DNA of 64,000 nucleotides from a virus: IMG/VR virus record IMGVR_UViG_3300037851_000359, positions 64,001-128,000 of that record; one strand, 5' to 3'. A model generated the notes under the pieces. The model worked only from the letters and a program-made list of their open reading frames with translations. It made no database searches and was not told the DNA's origin. The translations under genes were made by a program, and so were the position numbers. Below, piece by piece: positions 60,486 to 64,000 of the stretch; position 1 is the stretch's first letter, and each line of letters begins with the position of its first letter.

Positions 60486-62264
60486 ATGGCCGCAGATTTA
60501 TTTAGAAAAGTTATACAACCGTTTGTGAAACGGAATAATTGGTCTAAAGCAGCCCAACAACAACATTTTAATCGTTTATATAAAATCTTTGATAAGCAAG
60601 GCAAAAAATATCATAATAAAAATATTCCTGGTGCAACTGATATGGTGGATGTTACAACCACCACCCCAGAATTCCAAAAACAAATTGGTCAATGGAATAC
60701 TTTCGTCTATCAAGCAGAACCAGGAAAAATAAACAGATTAAAAGTTTGGCGGGATATGTCATTCTTTCCCCCACTTGCATTTGCTCTAGGGGAATTTGAA
60801 GACGAAGCAATAACATTAGATTCAAATAATAATCATGTAATTTTTGAAATAAATAATTTAAGACTTAATCAAAATGAAAATATAGTTAAAAATTTAGCAA
60901 AAGAATGGAATTATATCAGTAAAGATGTTTTTAAAATAACTCAAAATATTAATATGTGGTTTAATGAATTCATGATAGATGGCGAAATAATGTTTGAAAA
61001 AGTTATTGACCCTATTAATGCTAAAGAAAGAGGGATCATAAAAATTAAAAGATTACGACCAGAATTTACTTATCCTATATGGGAAGAATTGGAAAATGAT
61101 AATATTTATCAATTTGTAATTAAAAATAATGAAAATATAATGATTATGCCGCCAGAATCAATTGCCTATGCTAATTCTGGTATATATGTGTATGAAGATA
61201 GATTCACAAAAACCGTAATATCATATCTTGATAGAGCTAAAATAAATTATCGAAAATTAAAACAGATGGAAGATTCATTAGTTATTTATAGATTGATTAA
61301 AGGATATGAAAAACGTGTATTCAATATTGAAATGGGTAATCTTCCCAATCCAAAACAAAAACAATATCTGCATGATATTATTAGAAAATATAGACAACGA
61401 AAAACATTTAATCCTGAATCCGGTGAAACATCAGAAGCATATGATGCTCAAGCATTGGTTGAAGACTTCTTCTTTGCTAAACAAAATGGTCGAGGCAGTT
61501 CAGTTGAAGTACTGCCCGGTGGCGATCACTTGGATGAAATCAAAGATGTTGAATACTTTTTACGACAGTTATATATAGGATTAAGAATACCATTATCAAG
61601 AATTAGTTCGGATTCATCGTTTTCATTAGGTGATACTTCAGATATTACTAGAGAAGAAGTTAGATTTCATAAAATGGTTCAAAAATATGTTTTACGATTT
61701 TCAGAAGTATTTAAACAAGTATTTATGACACATTTAAAATTAAAAGGGTATGCAGATGAATATGGTATTCAAGATCGTGATATTACTGTAAAAGTAGTAT
61801 CTGATAACTTATTTCAAGAATACATTGAATCCAATATTACAACTATCAGAACAGAAAATCTTGAAAAATTAATTCCATATACAGAATCAGAAAATGGAAA
61901 ACCTTTATTATCCAAAAAATTTATTCTCAAGAAATATTTGAAACTCACCCCAGAAGAAATGGCTGAAAATGACGCTTTGAAGAAAACGGAAGAAAATGTT
62001 TCGTTAAGTGGTGGTGGGGGGGGAATGGATTCGATGGGTGGTGGAGGCGGGATGGGGGGCCTTGATTTAGGTGGGGATTCAGGTGGTGATATGGGGGATA
62101 TGGGTGGTGGGGGCGGTAGTAGCCCATCAGATTTAGGTGGTGATGAAGGATCTGAAGTCGATTCTGCATTAAACTCAGAATCACCAGATAATGTTGATCT
62201 ATCATCAACTGACAATAAAAATGCAGATGAACCAGAAATTGACTTGGAAACCTTTGCTAAATAG
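60486..62264 (+). CDS. gp20: Portal vertex protein (gp20)
   Basis: IDG, SYLDRA..LKQMEDSLVIYRL, RVFNIEMGNLP, EDFFF, LPGG, ITREEVRF; Gly/Asp-rich tail. Confidence 0.95.
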   Translation: MAADLFRKVIQPFVKRNNWSKAAQQQHFNRLYKIFDKQGKKYHNKNIPGATDMVDVTTTTPEFQKQIGQWNTFVYQAEPGKINRLKVWRDMSFFPPLAFALGEFEDEAITLDSNNNHVIFEINNLRLNQNENIVKNLAKEWNYISKDVFKITQNINMWFNEFMIDGEIMFEKVIDPINAKERGIIKIKRLRPEFTYPIWEELENDNIYQFVIKNNENIMIMPPESIAYANSGIYVYEDRFTKTVISYLDRAKINYRKLKQMEDSLVIYRLIKGYEKRVFNIEMGNLPNPKQKQYLHDIIRKYRQRKTFNPESGETSEAYDAQALVEDFFFAKQNGRGSSVEVLPGGDHLDEIKDVEYFLRQLYIGLRIPLSRISSDSSFSLGDTSDITREEVRFHKMVQKYVLRFSEVFKQVFMTHLKLKGYADEYGIQDRDITVKVVSDNLFQEYIESNITTIRTENLEKLIPYTESENGKPLLSKKFILKKYLKLTPEEMAENDALKKTEENVSLSGGGGGMDSMGGGGGMGGLDLGGDSGGDMGDMGGGGGSSPSDLGGDEGSEVDSALNSESPDNVDLSSTDNKNADEPEIDLETFAK

Positions 62265-62275
62265 GAGAAACCATT

Positions 62276-62470
62276 ATGGCAAATGACTCATTAAAATATT
62301 TTTTATCAGCATTATCCCGTGATGATTACATTGAAGCTGATAAACATTTTTCAAGTGTTGTAAAAAATGCTGTAAATAATGTTATAAATAAAAAGAAAGG
62401 GGCAGTATTAGATTCAATCAACGCAAAAGCAAATCAAATGGCAACAGAAATGATAAAAAAAGAAGGGTGA
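62276..62470 (+). CDS. Small prohead core protein (gp67-like position)
   Basis: Small helical ORF between the portal and protease genes; AGGAG SD. Confidence 0.55.
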   Translation: MANDSLKYFLSALSRDDYIEADKHFSSVVKNAVNNVINKKKGAVLDSINAKANQMATEMIKKEG

Positions 62471-62471
62471 A

Positions 62472-63179
62472 ATGACTTTAATACTTATAACTGAAGCGTC
62501 TGATTTTGATAATAGAATTGTTGAACCATTGATTGAAAAAGTTAAAATGTCAGATGGTTCATACAAAGAATCATATTATATTATTGGGCCATATATTCAA
62601 TGTGATGTTAAAAATAGAAATGGTCGAAAATATCCAAAAGAATTAATGATGAATTGTGTCGAAAAATATAAATCGGAAAGAATGAATCCAAAATTTGGGT
62701 TTAGATCATATGGAGAACTAGGGCATCCTGAAGGTACTGATATTAATTTAGATAAAGTATGTATCTATATTCAAGATTTACAATGGCAAGGAAATGATTG
62801 TATTGGAAAATCAAAAGTAATCGAAAAAAATCCTTGCGGTCGTATTTTAGCCTCTTTATTAGAAGAAAAATTACGAGTTGGCGTATCTACACGGGGCGTC
62901 GGAACATTGTCAGAAGAAACTGATCATGAAAATTGCAAAATTGTTGAATCATATACTATGATAGCTGAAGATGTTGTTGCGGACCCTTCTGCTCCAAAAG
63001 GTTTCGTTCAAGGTATATTAGAACATAAACAATATATCATTGGAAATGATGGTATTATTACAGAATGTTATAATTCATTAGAACAAAAATTGAAAGTTTT
63101 ACCTAAAAAATCTGATGAAAGAGCTAAATTATTTGTTGAATGTTGCCAATCATTTTTAAATGATATTAAAAATTCATAA
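62472..63179 (+). CDS. gp21: Prohead protease (gp21)
   Basis: LITE, KNRNGRKYP, GELGHP, GVSTRGVG, DVVADPSAP. Confidence 0.95.
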   Translation: MTLILITEASDFDNRIVEPLIEKVKMSDGSYKESYYIIGPYIQCDVKNRNGRKYPKELMMNCVEKYKSERMNPKFGFRSYGELGHPEGTDINLDKVCIYIQDLQWQGNDCIGKSKVIEKNPCGRILASLLEEKLRVGVSTRGVGTLSEETDHENCKIVESYTMIAEDVVADPSAPKGFVQGILEHKQYIIGNDGIITECYNSLEQKLKVLPKKSDERAKLFVECCQSFLNDIKNS

Positions 63180-63208
63180 AATTTTTTTAAAAACTTTGAT
63201 TAACAATT

Positions 63209-63216
63209 TATAAATA
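63209..63216 (+). promoter_or_regulatory. Late promoter upstream of gp22
   Basis: TATAAATA followed by AGGAG SD. Confidence 0.7.
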
Positions 63217-63248
63217 ATAAATATAAGTTAAATGCATAGGAGAATATT

Positions 63249-64000
63249 ATGTCTCAACCTGAAAAAAATATTTTAGACCTTCTCTTAGAAGGCACCGATT
63301 ATGGGGCTGTTCTTACCGAACAGCAAAAACAAAAGGTAACACAATTAATCAACGAAACTGTTGATTCCCGTGTTACTGCTAAAGAAAAACTATTATCAGA
63401 ATCCTTTGCACAAAAAGAAACTGAATTAACTGAATCATTCAAGAAACAAAAAGAAGAACTTGAAGCAAAAATTAAAGATGATGAAAAAACTTTAATTCTT
63501 GAAGCTGAAAATTTTAAAAAGATCATTGAAGCAACTACTCTCAAAGAAGCACAAGAATTTAAAAATGAAGTTGAAAAGAAAGTTAATGAAAAAGCCGAAC
63601 TTTATAAGAATGAATTAGATGGAATCTTAATTAAAGAAGCAAAAGACTATAAAGAAAAACAAGATAAAGCCCTTGTTGAAGAGGTTCAAAAATTCAAGGA
63701 TACATTAATTGAACGTGTTAGCGACTACTTGGACGCTAAACTTCAAGAATGCATCCCGTCTGAAACATTAGAGGCTGCTACTAAACTCAGTGTATATGAA
63801 CCATTGGTTCAAAGTATCATGGAAGGGTTCTCAAGAAACTATGTTAAACTTGATGACACTTCATATCAATTAATCAAAGAATCTAAAAATGAGTTAGCAA
63901 GACTTGAAAATGAATTACAAACGTCAAAGAAACAAATTGTTTCTTTGACTAAAGAGAAGAAAGAAGTTGAACGAAATTATAAAATCAAGTCTTTAACAGA
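63249..64000 (+). CDS. gp22: Prohead scaffold protein (gp22-like), 3'-truncated
   Basis: Open frame missing from the track: MSQPEKNILDLLLEG...; coiled coil, ERVSDYLD motif; follows gp21. Confidence 0.85.
   Translation, partial: MSQPEKNILDLLLEGTDYGAVLTEQQKQKVTQLINETVDSRVTAKEKLLSESFAQKETELTESFKKQKEELEAKIKDDEKTLILEAENFKKIIEATTLKEAQEFKNEVEKKVNEKAELYKNELDGILIKEAKDYKEKQDKALVEEVQKFKDTLIERVSDYLDAKLQECIPSETLEAATKLSVYEPLVQSIMEGFSRNYVKLDDTSYQLIKESKNELARLENELQTSKKQIVSLTKEKKEVERNYKIKSLT

Noticed and set aside
624-61578. Numerous short ORFs nested in or antisense to assigned genes (e.g. 3759..4073, 24550..24876, 41995..42354)
   Set aside because: They overlap well-supported genes, lack RBS or motifs, and have shadow-frame composition.
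61814-62215. Pro-rich and His-rich minus-strand ORFs
   Set aside because: Antisense shadows of the Gly-rich portal tail.
63299-63544. Minus-strand 81-aa ORF
   Set aside because: Shadow of the plus-strand gp22 frame, which runs off the window.
1-64000. Stop-codon reassignment
   Set aside because: Core genes are full length in the standard code, and TAA, TAG and TGA all end genes.

Overview
A 64-kb, very AT-rich segment of a large T4-like (Tevenvirinae-related, probably jumbo) bacteriophage genome; ORFs read cleanly in the standard code. Left to right: (1) a ~9.5-kb glycan-modification cluster (glycosyltransferase-like genes, four SAM methyltransferases, a nucleotidyltransferase-HAD-kinase fusion) coupled to (2) a minus-strand T4-type replication block (topo II gp52 and gp39+60, primase, RegA, clamp and loaders, gp32, gp59, gp41, UvsX, RmlB plus an RmlC-RmlD fusion, dUTPase). 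Its family B DNA polymerase is fractured into two genes, each carrying half of a Ser1/Ser+1 split intein, with a free-standing Vsr-like homing endonuclease between them. (3) Late sigma gp55, a membrane-anchored PknB-like Ser/Thr kinase, RuvC, UvsY and UvsW. (4) A ~700-bp non-coding element at 44.3-45.0 kb: promoter, ~290-nt structured RNA, G5-TTA-G6 tract, AT-rich tandem repeats and GNA-triloop hairpins, which looks like an RNA-primed origin. (5) Class II RNR with an HNH-bearing intein, gp46/gp47, RNase H and several late, apparently leaderless genes for putative capsid-packaged effectors (two ART-like paralogues, a PPase-like protein, a zincin). (6) The start of the head module (gp4, portal gp20, gp21, gp22). 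All functional calls come from motif recognition and synteny by eye; no database searches were run.
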